Position numbers and translations under genes: made by a program. The notes under the pieces are model-generated. The model saw nothing but the letters and a program-made list of their open reading frames with translations, was not told the DNA's origin and did not search any database. 64,000 nucleotides of DNA, taken from NCBI GenBank assembly GCA_965223855.1, contig CBDCXM010000009.1:352001-416000 (forward strand). The letters run 5' to 3'. The stretch comes from Candidatus Multivoradales bacterium. Its GTDB lineage: Bacteria; Acidobacteriota; Thermoanaerobaculia; Multivoradales; JAHEKO01. Numbering within the stretch: the first letter of the stretch is position 1; each line of letters opens with the position of its first letter. This document shows positions 37,137 to 46,351 of this stretch, piece after piece.

Positions 37137-38477
37137 ATGATCCGCAACCTCTCCCGCACGCTCCTCAGCCTCGCAGTTTTCGCCCTCACGGCCGTCCATG
37201 CAGGAGCCGACGACTGGCCGCAGTGGCGCGGCGCCGACCGCGACGGCAAGTCGGCCGAGACCGGGCTTCTCCAGAGCTGGCCGGAGGGCGGCCCGCCGCT
37301 CGCCTGGACGGCGGAAGGGCTCGGAAGCGGCTTCTCGAGCCTCTCGGTCGCCGACGGTCGCATCTATACGCTGGGCGACCTCGAGGACTCGCAGTACGCG
37401 ATCGCCCTGAGCGAAGAGACGGGCGAGATTCTCTGGAAGACCGCCATCGGCCCGTCGTGGGAGGACCGATTCCTCGGGCCCCGCTCGACGCCGACCATCG
37501 ACGGCGACCACGTCTACATCATGAGCACCGAGGGCGACGTGATCTGCCTCGAGGCCGCGACCGGCACCGAGAAATGGCGCCGCAGCCTGCCGAACGACTT
37601 CGAGAGCAACATGATGCAGGCGATGGGGTCGACCGACTGGAAATACTCGGAGTCGCCGCTGGTCGACGGCGACCGGGTGATCGTCACCCCGGGGGTCACG
37701 CCGGCAGCGCTGGTCGCGCTCGACAAGGCCACCGGAGAGACGATCTGGCAGGCGCCGATCGGCCGCATCGGCTCGGCGGGCGCGCACGGCGCCGGCTACT
37801 CGTCGGTGGTGGTCTCGCACGGCGCCGGCGTCAAGCAGTACGTGCAGCTCATCGGCCGCGGAGTGATCGGCATCGAAGCCGAGAGCGGGCGCCATCTGTG
37901 GGGATACAACAGGGTGGCCAACGACATCGCGAACATCCCGACTCCGATCGTCGACGGCGACCATGTGTTCGCGACCACCGGCTACGGCACCGGCGCGGCG
38001 CTGATCCGAATCGTCCCGGCCGAGGAAGGGAGCGAGGACGCCGAGGAGGGAAAGCTCGCCGCCGAGGAGGTCTACTTCCTCGAAGCCGACACCTTCCAGA
38101 ACCATCACGGCGGCGTCATTCTCCACGATGGCTATCTGTACGCGGGCACCGGCCACAATCGGGGGTTCCCGGTGGCGGTCAAGCTGGACGACGGATCGGT
38201 GGCCTGGGGGCCGGAGCGCAACGACGGCAGCGGCTCGGCTGCGGTGGCCTACGCGGACGGGCGGCTCTATTTCCGCTACCAGAACGGGGTGGTGGTGCTG
38301 ATCGAGGCGACGCCGGACGAGTATCGGGAGCACGGCTCGTTCGAGATTCCCGAGGTCGAGCACCCGAGCTGGCCGCATCCGGTGATCTCGGACGGCAAGC
38401 TCTATCTGCGCGAGCAGGACAAGTTGTATGTCTACGACGTGCGGGCGCCGGTGACGGAGGCGGCGGGAGCCTTCTGA
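37137..38477 (+). CDS. Secreted PQQ-binding-like (BamB-type) beta-propeller protein
   Basis: Signal peptide, DWPQWRG, repeated S/TP.VDGD and ALD..TGE..W blades. Confidence 0.9.
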   Translation: MIRNLSRTLLSLAVFALTAVHAGADDWPQWRGADRDGKSAETGLLQSWPEGGPPLAWTAEGLGSGFSSLSVADGRIYTLGDLEDSQYAIALSEETGEILWKTAIGPSWEDRFLGPRSTPTIDGDHVYIMSTEGDVICLEAATGTEKWRRSLPNDFESNMMQAMGSTDWKYSESPLVDGDRVIVTPGVTPAALVALDKATGETIWQAPIGRIGSAGAHGAGYSSVVVSHGAGVKQYVQLIGRGVIGIEAESGRHLWGYNRVANDIANIPTPIVDGDHVFATTGYGTGAALIRIVPAEEGSEDAEEGKLAAEEVYFLEADTFQNHHGGVILHDGYLYAGTGHNRGFPVAVKLDDGSVAWGPERNDGSGSAAVAYADGRLYFRYQNGVVVLIEATPDEYREHGSFEIPEVEHPSWPHPVISDGKLYLREQDKLYVYDVRAPVTEAAGAF

Positions 38478-38559
38478 GGCTAGTCACCTGGGGCCGGGCG
38501 GGCCTTCGATGAGGAGAGGAACTCGGGTATTTCGAGCGGGGCCTTGCGCCGCTAGAGCC

Positions 38560-38730
38560 GGTCTCTGAGGAGCGTGGAAGCCGCGCCCGAGGGGGACGGC
38601 GCGCGTCAGGGGTGGGAGAACCCTCGACGCGCGCTCGCTCGCCTGCGCCGGGTACCCGCTCGATAGAAGGACGGCTTTCGGGGCTTGGCGAGAGCCCCCT
38701 CGGGCCCGGCTTCCACGCTCCTCAGAGACC
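38560..38730. repeat. 171-bp foldback element with 36-bp terminal inverted repeats (MITE/REP-like)
   Basis: 38560-38595 is the reverse complement of 38695-38730 with one mismatch. Two internal hairpins. Lies between convergent genes. Confidence 0.8.
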
Positions 38731-38773
38731 TACCGCCCTTGTTCTTGCGGACCTCCCTTCGGCCCTAGGCCTG

Positions 38774-40090
38774 TCAGGGGGCGGCTTCGGCAACCGTATC
38801 CGCCTCCTCAGCAAGACAATAGAGAGAAGAGGATCCTCGGAGGTAGAGCTCGCTTCCCGCGAGGGCGGGCGAAGCGGCGAAGTCCTCGTCAAGCTGGTTC
38901 TCGGCCAGTACTTCGAACTCGGGGCCGGTGCCGAGGACGACGGTCGTGCCGCCGCGGCCGACGATGTAGATGCGGCCGTCGGCGGCCACGAGGGAGGAGT
39001 AGACGCCGTCGATCCCCGGCAGGCGGACGGGGCCGAAGCGCTTCTCGCCGGTCTTCGCGTCGAGGCTCGTGAGGATGCCGGTGTTGACCTTGAGGAAGTA
39101 GAGCTGGTCGCCGTAGAGGACGGGTGACGGGACATAGGGAGTGTCTTCGTCGTACGACCAGGCGAACTCGTCTTCGGTGCCGGCGGCCTCGGGCCGGATC
39201 GCCTTGAAGGCGGCGCCGCGGAAGCCGCTGGTGGCGTAGACGAGGCCGTTTGCGTAGATCGGCGACGGCACGACGTTGACGGTCTGGCCGCCGACCGCCC
39301 AGCGCTCTTCGCCGGTCGCGAGGTCGTAGCCGCGCACGGCGCCGGTGGCGCTGACGACCACCTCGGTCACGCCGTCGCGCTCGATGACGATCGGGGTCGA
39401 CCACGAGGTGACCTCTTCGCGTTCGTGGCGCCAGCGCTCCTCGCCGCTGGTCTTGTCGAAGACGACGAGGAAGGAGTCGCCCTCGTGATCCCAGTTGAGG
39501 ACGAGCGCGTCGCCCGCGAGCACCGGCGACGAGCCTTCGCCGAAGCCGCGGCGGGTGGCCATGTCACCCAGGTCCTTCGACCACAGAAGGTCGCCCTCGA
39601 GGTCGTAGACGTAGGTGCCCAGCGAGCCGAAGTGGGCGACGAGGACCTCGCCGTCGGTGACCGGCGAAGCCGACGCCCAGGAGGCGTCGGTGTGGGTCCC
39701 CTCGTGCGGTTCTTTCTCGATCGGGACGTGCTCCCACGTCTTCTCGCCGGTCGCCCGGTCATAGGCGAGGACGGTCATCCGCAGCGGGCCGTCGGGAGCG
39801 ACGCCGCGCTGGCCTTCCTGCGGCCCGCTCGGAGCCCGGGTCGGCACCGCGGTGACGACGTAGACGCGCTCGCCCCAGACGATCGGCGAGCCGTGGCCGT
39901 AGCCGGGGATATCGGCCTTCCATCGCACGTTCCTCTCCTCCGACCACTCGAGCGGCGGCTCGGCGTCGGGAGCGGCGCCGCTGGCGAGCGGGCCGCGCCA
40001 CTGCGGCCAGGCGGCCTCTCCGGCTGCGGCGAACGTCGCCGGCGTGAGCGCCAACGCGAGAAGAGCTGCAGTGACTCTGTTCGGTGCCAT
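38774..40090 (-). CDS. Secreted PQQ-binding-like (BamB-type) beta-propeller protein
   Basis: ATG 40090 with GGAGG RBS, signal peptide, WPQWRGP, SPIVWG, WSTP, YVPSPV. Confidence 0.9.
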   Translation of the reverse strand: MAPNRVTAALLALALTPATFAAAGEAAWPQWRGPLASGAAPDAEPPLEWSEERNVRWKADIPGYGHGSPIVWGERVYVVTAVPTRAPSGPQEGQRGVAPDGPLRMTVLAYDRATGEKTWEHVPIEKEPHEGTHTDASWASASPVTDGEVLVAHFGSLGTYVYDLEGDLLWSKDLGDMATRRGFGEGSSPVLAGDALVLNWDHEGDSFLVVFDKTSGEERWRHEREEVTSWSTPIVIERDGVTEVVVSATGAVRGYDLATGEERWAVGGQTVNVVPSPIYANGLVYATSGFRGAAFKAIRPEAAGTEDEFAWSYDEDTPYVPSPVLYGDQLYFLKVNTGILTSLDAKTGEKRFGPVRLPGIDGVYSSLVAADGRIYIVGRGGTTVVLGTGPEFEVLAENQLDEDFAASPALAGSELYLRGSSSLYCLAEEADTVAEAAP

Positions 40091-40235
40091 CGGGAAGACC
40101 TCCACATGGTGAGTGAATCGGACGGCGATCGTACCGTGCCGATTCGTCGTGGCTGCGGCACGGGTACACTGCACCTCCCATTCCGGGCGCGGTCTGCGGA
40201 ACCGACTGCGCTCCTGCGGGAGAGGAGACGAATCG

Positions 40236-40787
40236 ATGGCAACTGCTCAGAGTTCCGGCCTCGCGTGGCTGGTCTTCGTGTTCATGACCGTGGCGTCTTG
40301 GGGCGTCTACGGGATCTTCCTTCACAACGGCCAGACGGCGATGGGCGACCCGGTCAACGGGCGCTACAAGGCGTTCCTCTTCGTCGGCGTCGCCTACTTC
40401 CTGACCGCGGTGCTGGCGCCGCTCGTGCTACTGAAGCTCCGCGGCGCCGAGTGGGCGATGCCCGCCTCAGGCATCACCTGGTCTCTGGTGGCGGGGATCG
40501 TCGGCGCCGCCGGGGCGTTCGGCGTGCTGCTCGCCTTCGGCGCCGGCGGCACCCCTGCTTCGGTGATGTCGCTCGTCTTCGCCGGAGCGCCGGTCGTCAA
40601 CGCGATCGTCGCTCTGACCTGGCATCCGCCGGCCGGAGGCATCGGCTCGATCCGCTGGCCGTTCTTTGCAGGCATCGTGCTCGCCGCGCTCGGGGGCTAC
40701 CTCGTGACGGTGTTCAAACCGGCACCGGGACCGGCTCCCGGCTCCCCACCGAAAGCGCCGACCGAGGTCGCCTCGCAGCAGAAATAG
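40236..40787 (+). CDS. Small 5-TM DMT/EamA-like membrane protein
   Basis: GAGGAG RBS. SWGVYG, AGIVGAAGAFG, VMSLVFAGAPVVN pattern of a half-size DMT transporter. Confidence 0.65.
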   Translation: MATAQSSGLAWLVFVFMTVASWGVYGIFLHNGQTAMGDPVNGRYKAFLFVGVAYFLTAVLAPLVLLKLRGAEWAMPASGITWSLVAGIVGAAGAFGVLLAFGAGGTPASVMSLVFAGAPVVNAIVALTWHPPAGGIGSIRWPFFAGIVLAALGGYLVTVFKPAPGPAPGSPPKAPTEVASQQK

Positions 40788-40910
40788 CCGGCGGTCGATG
40801 CCGGTCCGCATGCGGCGAGCCGCCTGCTAGAATCGGGCAGGTCGCTTTCCCCGGAAGACGCATCCGCGCCCTCCGAATCCACACCTCCAAGAGCCCACAA
40901 GGAGTCGCAC

Positions 40911-43121
40911 GTGCCAGCACGAATCAGGACGCTCTTTCTCTTCGCTACGGCGCTCGCGGTCGCCTCGACCACCGTCGCCGGTGACTGGACCCACTGGCGG
41001 GGACCGACCCGCAACGGCGTCTCCCCGGAGACCGGCTTGCTGGAAGCCTGGTCGGCCGAGGGGGAGAACCTGCTGTGGAGGGTCGAGGACTTCATCGGCC
41101 GCTCGACGCCGGTGGTGTTCGGCAACCGGGTGTGCGCCAACGGGCGCGCCGGCGAGGGCGCCGAGCGGCAGGAGATGGTCGCCTGCTTCGATGCCGAGAC
41201 CGGCGAGCGGCTTTGGGAGCGACGGTTCAACGTCTTCCACACCTCGGTGCCGTGGACCCGTGTCGGCTGGGCCAACATCACGGCGGATGCGGAGACCGGC
41301 TATCTCTACGTCCAGGGGGTGGGCGGCCTCTTCCACTGCCTCGACAGTGCCGACGGCAGCATCGTCTGGTCGCGCAACCTGATCGAGGACTTCGGCTTCA
41401 TGGAGGGCTACGGCGGGCGCACCCAGACGCCGGTCGTCGACGAAGACAGGGTCATCGTGACCTTCGCCAACACCAGCTGGGGCGACGAAGGCAGGCCGCT
41501 CCACCGCCTGCGCGCCTTCGACAAGCGGACCGGGGAGCAGCTCTGGGTCGCTTCGCCCGCCAACTCGATGGCCGACAAGAACAGTCAGTCGACGCCGGCG
41601 ATCGCCGTCATCGGCGGGCGGAGGCTGGTGATCCAGGGCAACGGCGGCGGCTGGATCTACGCCGTAGAGGCTCGGACCGGCCGCGAGGTGTGGGGTTTCC
41701 ACCTCAGCCAGCGCGGCATCAACACCTCGGTGCTGGTGGAAGGCACGACGGTCTATGCCATGCACAGCGAGGAGAACGTCGACGAGGGGACGATGGGCCG
41801 AGTGGTGGCGATCGACGCCACCGGTTCGGGCGACGTCACAGCGACCCACGAGCTGTGGCGCTCCGACATCGGCGCCGGCTTCACATCGCCCGCTCTCGCT
41901 GACGGCAAGCTGTTCGTCGTCGACAATTCCGCCAACCTCTACGCCCTCGACCCGGAGACGGGAGAGGAGCTGTGGGAGCTCAACGTCGGTCGTGTCGGCA
42001 AAGGCTCGCCCGTGTGGGCGGACGGCAAGATCTACCTCACCGAGGTCAACGGCCGCTTCGCCATCGTCGATGCGAGCGGCGAGGAAGGGACTCTTCTCGA
42101 CCTCGAGCAGCTGCGCGTCGGGCGCCGCCGGCCGGAGATCTACGGCTCACCGGCGATCGCCAACGGGCGGATCTACTTCACCACCGACGCCGGGCTCTAC
42201 GCACTCGGACAGGGCGACCCGAGCCCGGCGGCGACGGTAGAGCTCGACCTCGAGGAGCCGTCGATCCCCTCCGACACCGCCGCCGCCACGATTCGCGTCG
42301 TCCCGGGCGACCTCCAACTCGCCTTCGGCGAGACGGCCAGCTTCCGGGTGGATGCCTTCGACGAGCTCGGCCGTCGGCTCGGCTCGCGCCAGGCGGAACT
42401 CGCGGTGGAGGGCATCGAAGGCTCGATCGACGGTGACACGCTCACGGCAGGTTCACTGCCGGGCACCGGATCTGTCGTCGCCACCTTCGACGACATGACG
42501 GCGAAGGCCCGGATCCGCGTGGTCCCCTCGATCCCGTTCTCGGAGGACTTCGAGGGTACCGAGACCGGCTCCCGCCCCGGTTACATGCTCGGCTACCTCG
42601 CCCGCTTCGCCGTCGCCGAGCACGACGGCAGCAAGGTGCTCGCCAAGGGGCCGTCGCCGGTCAAGATCCACCGCCACATCACCTTCCTCGGCGCGCCGTG
42701 GCATGACAACTACACCGTCGAGGCGGACCTCAAGGCCGACGCCGAGAACCCCGAGAATCCCGATCTCGGGCTCATCAACGGCGGCTACACCATGGAGCTC
42801 CTCTCGATCGGCGCCCGTCCGGGTGCCCCTCCGGGGCCGAAGCTCCAGGTGCGCTCGTGGCAGGCGGGGCTGCGCATCGCCACCGATATCGAGTTCGACT
42901 GGACACCCGGTACCTGGTACCGGATGAAACTCCGTGTCGATCAGCAGGAAGACTCGGCGCTCATCCGCGGCAAGGTGTGGCCGCGTGGCGAGGACGAGCC
43001 GGCCGACTGGTCGATCGAGGTCACCGACGCACTGCCGATTCTCTCCGGCGCCGCCGGGATCTCCGCCTACTCCCCCTCTTTCGTCTACTTCGACAACTTT
43101 CAGGTGAGTGAGAACGAATGA
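40911..43121 (+). CDS. Secreted PQQ-like beta-propeller protein with Ig-like and C-terminal ConA/lectin-like domains
   Basis: AAGGAG RBS, DWTHWRGP, propeller repeats. C-terminal FSEDFE...WYRMKLRV...GKVW...YFDNFQV jelly-roll pattern. Confidence 0.85.
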   Translation: MPARIRTLFLFATALAVASTTVAGDWTHWRGPTRNGVSPETGLLEAWSAEGENLLWRVEDFIGRSTPVVFGNRVCANGRAGEGAERQEMVACFDAETGERLWERRFNVFHTSVPWTRVGWANITADAETGYLYVQGVGGLFHCLDSADGSIVWSRNLIEDFGFMEGYGGRTQTPVVDEDRVIVTFANTSWGDEGRPLHRLRAFDKRTGEQLWVASPANSMADKNSQSTPAIAVIGGRRLVIQGNGGGWIYAVEARTGREVWGFHLSQRGINTSVLVEGTTVYAMHSEENVDEGTMGRVVAIDATGSGDVTATHELWRSDIGAGFTSPALADGKLFVVDNSANLYALDPETGEELWELNVGRVGKGSPVWADGKIYLTEVNGRFAIVDASGEEGTLLDLEQLRVGRRRPEIYGSPAIANGRIYFTTDAGLYALGQGDPSPAATVELDLEEPSIPSDTAAATIRVVPGDLQLAFGETASFRVDAFDELGRRLGSRQAELAVEGIEGSIDGDTLTAGSLPGTGSVVATFDDMTAKARIRVVPSIPFSEDFEGTETGSRPGYMLGYLARFAVAEHDGSKVLAKGPSPVKIHRHITFLGAPWHDNYTVEADLKADAENPENPDLGLINGGYTMELLSIGARPGAPPGPKLQVRSWQAGLRIATDIEFDWTPGTWYRMKLRVDQQEDSALIRGKVWPRGEDEPADWSIEVTDALPILSGAAGISAYSPSFVYFDNFQVSENE

Positions 43122-44593
43122 ACCGCAACAGCCTCTTCGTCGTCGCCGCTCTCGCGGCTCTGATCGCTCTTCCCGCCATCGCCCAGGACGCGGCGATGTT
43201 CGGCAACGGCCCGCAGCGCAACATGACTTCGGATGCCACCGACCTTCCCACCGAGTGGGACCTGGGGAGCGGCAAGAACGTGCTGTGGAAGCAGCAGCTC
43301 GGTTCGCAGTCCTACGGCGGTCCGGTGCTCTTCGACGACCGCATCTACGTCGGCACCAACAACGAAGCCGAGCGCAACCCGGCGATCACCGGCGACCGCG
43401 GGAACGTGATGGCGTTCAACGCCACCACCGGTGAGTTCCTGTGGCAGGCGGCTCACGCCAAGCTGACCTCGGGCCGGGTGCATGACTGGCCGCTCCAGGG
43501 GGTCTGCGCGGCGCCCTACGTCGAGGGCGACCGCCTCTGGTACGTGTCGAACCGTGCGGAGATCATCGCCGCCGACGTCGACGGCTTCCGCGACGGTGAG
43601 AACGACGGACCGTACACCTCGGAGGAGCACAGCTCCGAGATCGACGAGGATGTGATCTGGAAGGTCGACATGATCGGCGATCTCGACGTCTTCCCGCACA
43701 ACCTGGCCGTCGGCAGCCCGCTGGCTGTCGGCGACAAGCTGTTCATCGTCACCGGCAACGGCGTCGACGAGGGACACATCAACATCCCTTCGCCCGACGC
43801 GCCGAGCTTCCTCGCCGTCGACAAGAACACCGGCGAAGTGCTGTGGACCTCGGACGCACCGGGGCCGAGCATCCTCCACGGCCAGTGGTCGAACCCGGCC
43901 TACGGAGTGATCGGCGGTACGCCTCAGGTGGTCTTCCCCGGCGGTGACGGCTGGCTCTATTCGTTCCACCCCGACTCCGGCGAGCTGCTGTGGAAGTTCG
44001 ACTGCAACCCCAAGGACTCGATCTGGGAGCTCGGCGGCATGGGGACGCGCAACGCGATCATCTCGACGCCGGTGATCCACAACGACCGCGTCTACCTCGG
44101 CGTCGGCCAGGATCCCGAGCACGGCGAAGGGGTCGGCAACTTCTGGGTGATCGACGCGACGAAGCGCGGTGAGCTCGGTGCGGACGCGGTCGTGTGGCAT
44201 CGCGGCGGGGAAGAGTTCGGCCGCACGATCTCGACGGCGGCGATCCACGACGGCATCGTCTACATCGCCGACCTCTCCGGCTTCCTCTACGCCCTCGATG
44301 CCGACACCGGCGAGCACTACTGGACCTACGACGCCTTCGCGGCGGTGTGGGGCTCGGCGTTCGTCGCCGACGGCAAGGTCTACCTCGGTGACGAGGACGG
44401 CGACATCGTGGTGCTCGAGGCCGGCAAGGAGATGAACCTGATCGCCGAGACCAACCTCGGATCGGCGGTCTACACGACGCCGGTGGCGCGCGACGGCACG
44501 CTCTACATCGCCAGCCGCAACATGCTCTTCGCCTTCCAGGAGGGGGCGATGCTCGAGGCCGCCGAGGGCGGCGAAACAGCAGCGGCGCCGTGA
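43118..44593 (+). CDS. Secreted PQQ-like beta-propeller protein
   Basis: ATGA overlap, signal peptide, MFGNGPQRN, propeller repeats. Confidence 0.88.
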   Translation: MNRNSLFVVAALAALIALPAIAQDAAMFGNGPQRNMTSDATDLPTEWDLGSGKNVLWKQQLGSQSYGGPVLFDDRIYVGTNNEAERNPAITGDRGNVMAFNATTGEFLWQAAHAKLTSGRVHDWPLQGVCAAPYVEGDRLWYVSNRAEIIAADVDGFRDGENDGPYTSEEHSSEIDEDVIWKVDMIGDLDVFPHNLAVGSPLAVGDKLFIVTGNGVDEGHINIPSPDAPSFLAVDKNTGEVLWTSDAPGPSILHGQWSNPAYGVIGGTPQVVFPGGDGWLYSFHPDSGELLWKFDCNPKDSIWELGGMGTRNAIISTPVIHNDRVYLGVGQDPEHGEGVGNFWVIDATKRGELGADAVVWHRGGEEFGRTISTAAIHDGIVYIADLSGFLYALDADTGEHYWTYDAFAAVWGSAFVADGKVYLGDEDGDIVVLEAGKEMNLIAETNLGSAVYTTPVARDGTLYIASRNMLFAFQEGAMLEAAEGGETAAAP

Positions 44594-45666
44594 GCGATCT
44601 CGCCTCCAGGGTCGAGGCTGCTCGGGAGCAGCTCGACGCTCACGTGCGCGACACGGTCGCCTGGCACTTCGACCCGGAGACCGGCTGCCCGTTCTGGCTC
44701 GACTTCGCCTCGAAGCTCGACTTCGATCCGCGCGAACGGATCCACGGCTACAAGGATCTCGCGGTCCTGGGACACTTCGAGGACGAGTGGCTCCGCGGCG
44801 GCCCGATCCGCCGCTGGGTGCCGAAGGGGCTGGCCGACAAGCCGCTCTACGTCTTCGAAACCGGCGGCTCCACCGGGCTGCCGAAGTCGCGCGTCAACAT
44901 CGAGGACTTCCAGACCGACTACGAGCTCTTCAGCGACACCCTTTCCGACGAGACCTTCCCGAAGGGCGCCGACTGGTTGATGCTCGGCCCCACCGGGCCG
45001 CGTCGGCTGCGCCTCGCGATCGAGCACCTCGCTCAGCACCGCGGCGGCGTCGCCTTTCACGTCGACCTCGACCCGCGCTGGGTCAACAAGCTGATCAAGG
45101 CGGGCAAGCACCAGGAGATGCAGCTCTACAAGGAGCACGTCATCGACCAGGGCTTGAAGATCCTGCGCGCCCACGACTCGGTCGAGTGCCTCTTCACGAC
45201 GCCGAAGCTCCTCGAGGCGCTGTGCGAGAAGATCTCGCTCACCAAGGCGGGCATCAAGGGGATCTTCTGCGGCGGCACCGAGATGAACGCCCAGTTCCAC
45301 CGCTTCGCCCGCGAGGAGCTGGTGCCGGGGATCGACTTCCAGCCGACCTACGGCAACACGTTGATGGGCCTCGCCTGCAACAAGCCGTTCGAGCTCACCG
45401 AGAACTACGAGATCACCTACTACGCCCCGGCGCCACGTGCGATCTTCGACATCGTCAACCCCGACGACCCGACCGAGACCGTCGGTTACGGCGAGACGGG
45501 GCGCGTCATGCTGACGACGCTCACGAAGGAGTTCTTCATGCCGCGCTTCCTCGAGCGCGACGAGGGCGAGCGGGCGGAGCCGACCGACCGGTTCCCGTGG
45601 GACGGGGTGACGAACCTGAGGCTCTTCCAGCGGTTGGAGAGTTCGGTGGTGGTGGGGGTGTACTAG
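44590..45666 (+). CDS. LuxE/PaaK/EhpF-like adenylate-forming enzyme (ANL N-domain only)
   Basis: P-loop-like FETGGSTGLPK, GGTE, PTYGNT, VGYGETGRVMLT, RFLERD. Confidence 0.7.
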   Translation: MSDLASRVEAAREQLDAHVRDTVAWHFDPETGCPFWLDFASKLDFDPRERIHGYKDLAVLGHFEDEWLRGGPIRRWVPKGLADKPLYVFETGGSTGLPKSRVNIEDFQTDYELFSDTLSDETFPKGADWLMLGPTGPRRLRLAIEHLAQHRGGVAFHVDLDPRWVNKLIKAGKHQEMQLYKEHVIDQGLKILRAHDSVECLFTTPKLLEALCEKISLTKAGIKGIFCGGTEMNAQFHRFAREELVPGIDFQPTYGNTLMGLACNKPFELTENYEITYYAPAPRAIFDIVNPDDPTETVGYGETGRVMLTTLTKEFFMPRFLERDEGERAEPTDRFPWDGVTNLRLFQRLESSVVVGVY

Positions 45667-45691
45667 GAGTTGAAAGTCCCCAGGGCGCCGG

Positions 45692-45757
45692 AAACTACTA
45701 GAAATCTGTAGTTTTCCGTCAAGCCGGCATAACGTAACTACAGTTTTACTGTAGTAT
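45692..45757 (+). promoter_or_regulatory. Two ACTAC-N9-GTAGT inverted-repeat operators and a -10 box upstream of abiEi
   Basis: IR1 AAACTACTAGAAATCTGTAGTTT (45692-45714). IR2 ACTACAGTTTTACTGTAGT (45737-45755). TAGTAT at 45752-57, 6 nt before the GTG. Confidence 0.75.
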
Positions 45758-45763
45758 GGCGTA

Positions 45764-46351
45764 GTGGCACAACAGCGGATCGACCGGCGGAGGACCCTCG
45801 CCAACCTCGCTGGTCAACAGAAGGGCTACTTCCTGGCATCCCAGGCCGTCGATGCCGGCTACAGCTATCAGGCCCAGAAGTACCACACGGATCGAGGCAA
45901 CTGGATTCGAATTGATCGAGGCCTATACCGGCTTCGAGACTGGCCTGTCGGCCCATACGACGATCTGGTCCGCTGGTCACTGTGGAGCCGAGGCCGCGCT
46001 GTCATCTCGCACGAGACGGCACTCGACGTCCACGATCTCGGTGACGTCAACCCCAGTCGCATCCACCTGACCGTCCCCTCGACCTTCCACGCCAGGTCGG
46101 CTCAGGTGCACCTCCATCGCGCAGACCTCGACCCGTCCGACATCAGCGAACACGACGGATATCGAGTCACCACGCCCCTCAGGACCCTGCTCGATGCGGC
46201 TGTCAGCGATCTCGACCAGGACTACCTCACAGGCGCCGTCGACGATGCCCGTTCCCGCGACCCGACCATCGCTCCCAGGCTTCTCCGGATCGCAGATGCG
46301 TTCGGGCCTCGCGCTGCCCTCCGTATCGAGAGAGCCCTCGCCGAACTGTGA
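45764..46351 (+). CDS. abiEi: Type IV toxin-antitoxin antitoxin, AbiEi family
   Basis: wHTH LAGQQKGYF...WIRIDRGLYRL, ISHETAL..H, VTTPLRTLLD. Confidence 0.9.
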   Translation: MAQQRIDRRRTLANLAGQQKGYFLASQAVDAGYSYQAQKYHTDRGNWIRIDRGLYRLRDWPVGPYDDLVRWSLWSRGRAVISHETALDVHDLGDVNPSRIHLTVPSTFHARSAQVHLHRADLDPSDISEHDGYRVTTPLRTLLDAAVSDLDQDYLTGAVDDARSRDPTIAPRLLRIADAFGPRAALRIERALAEL

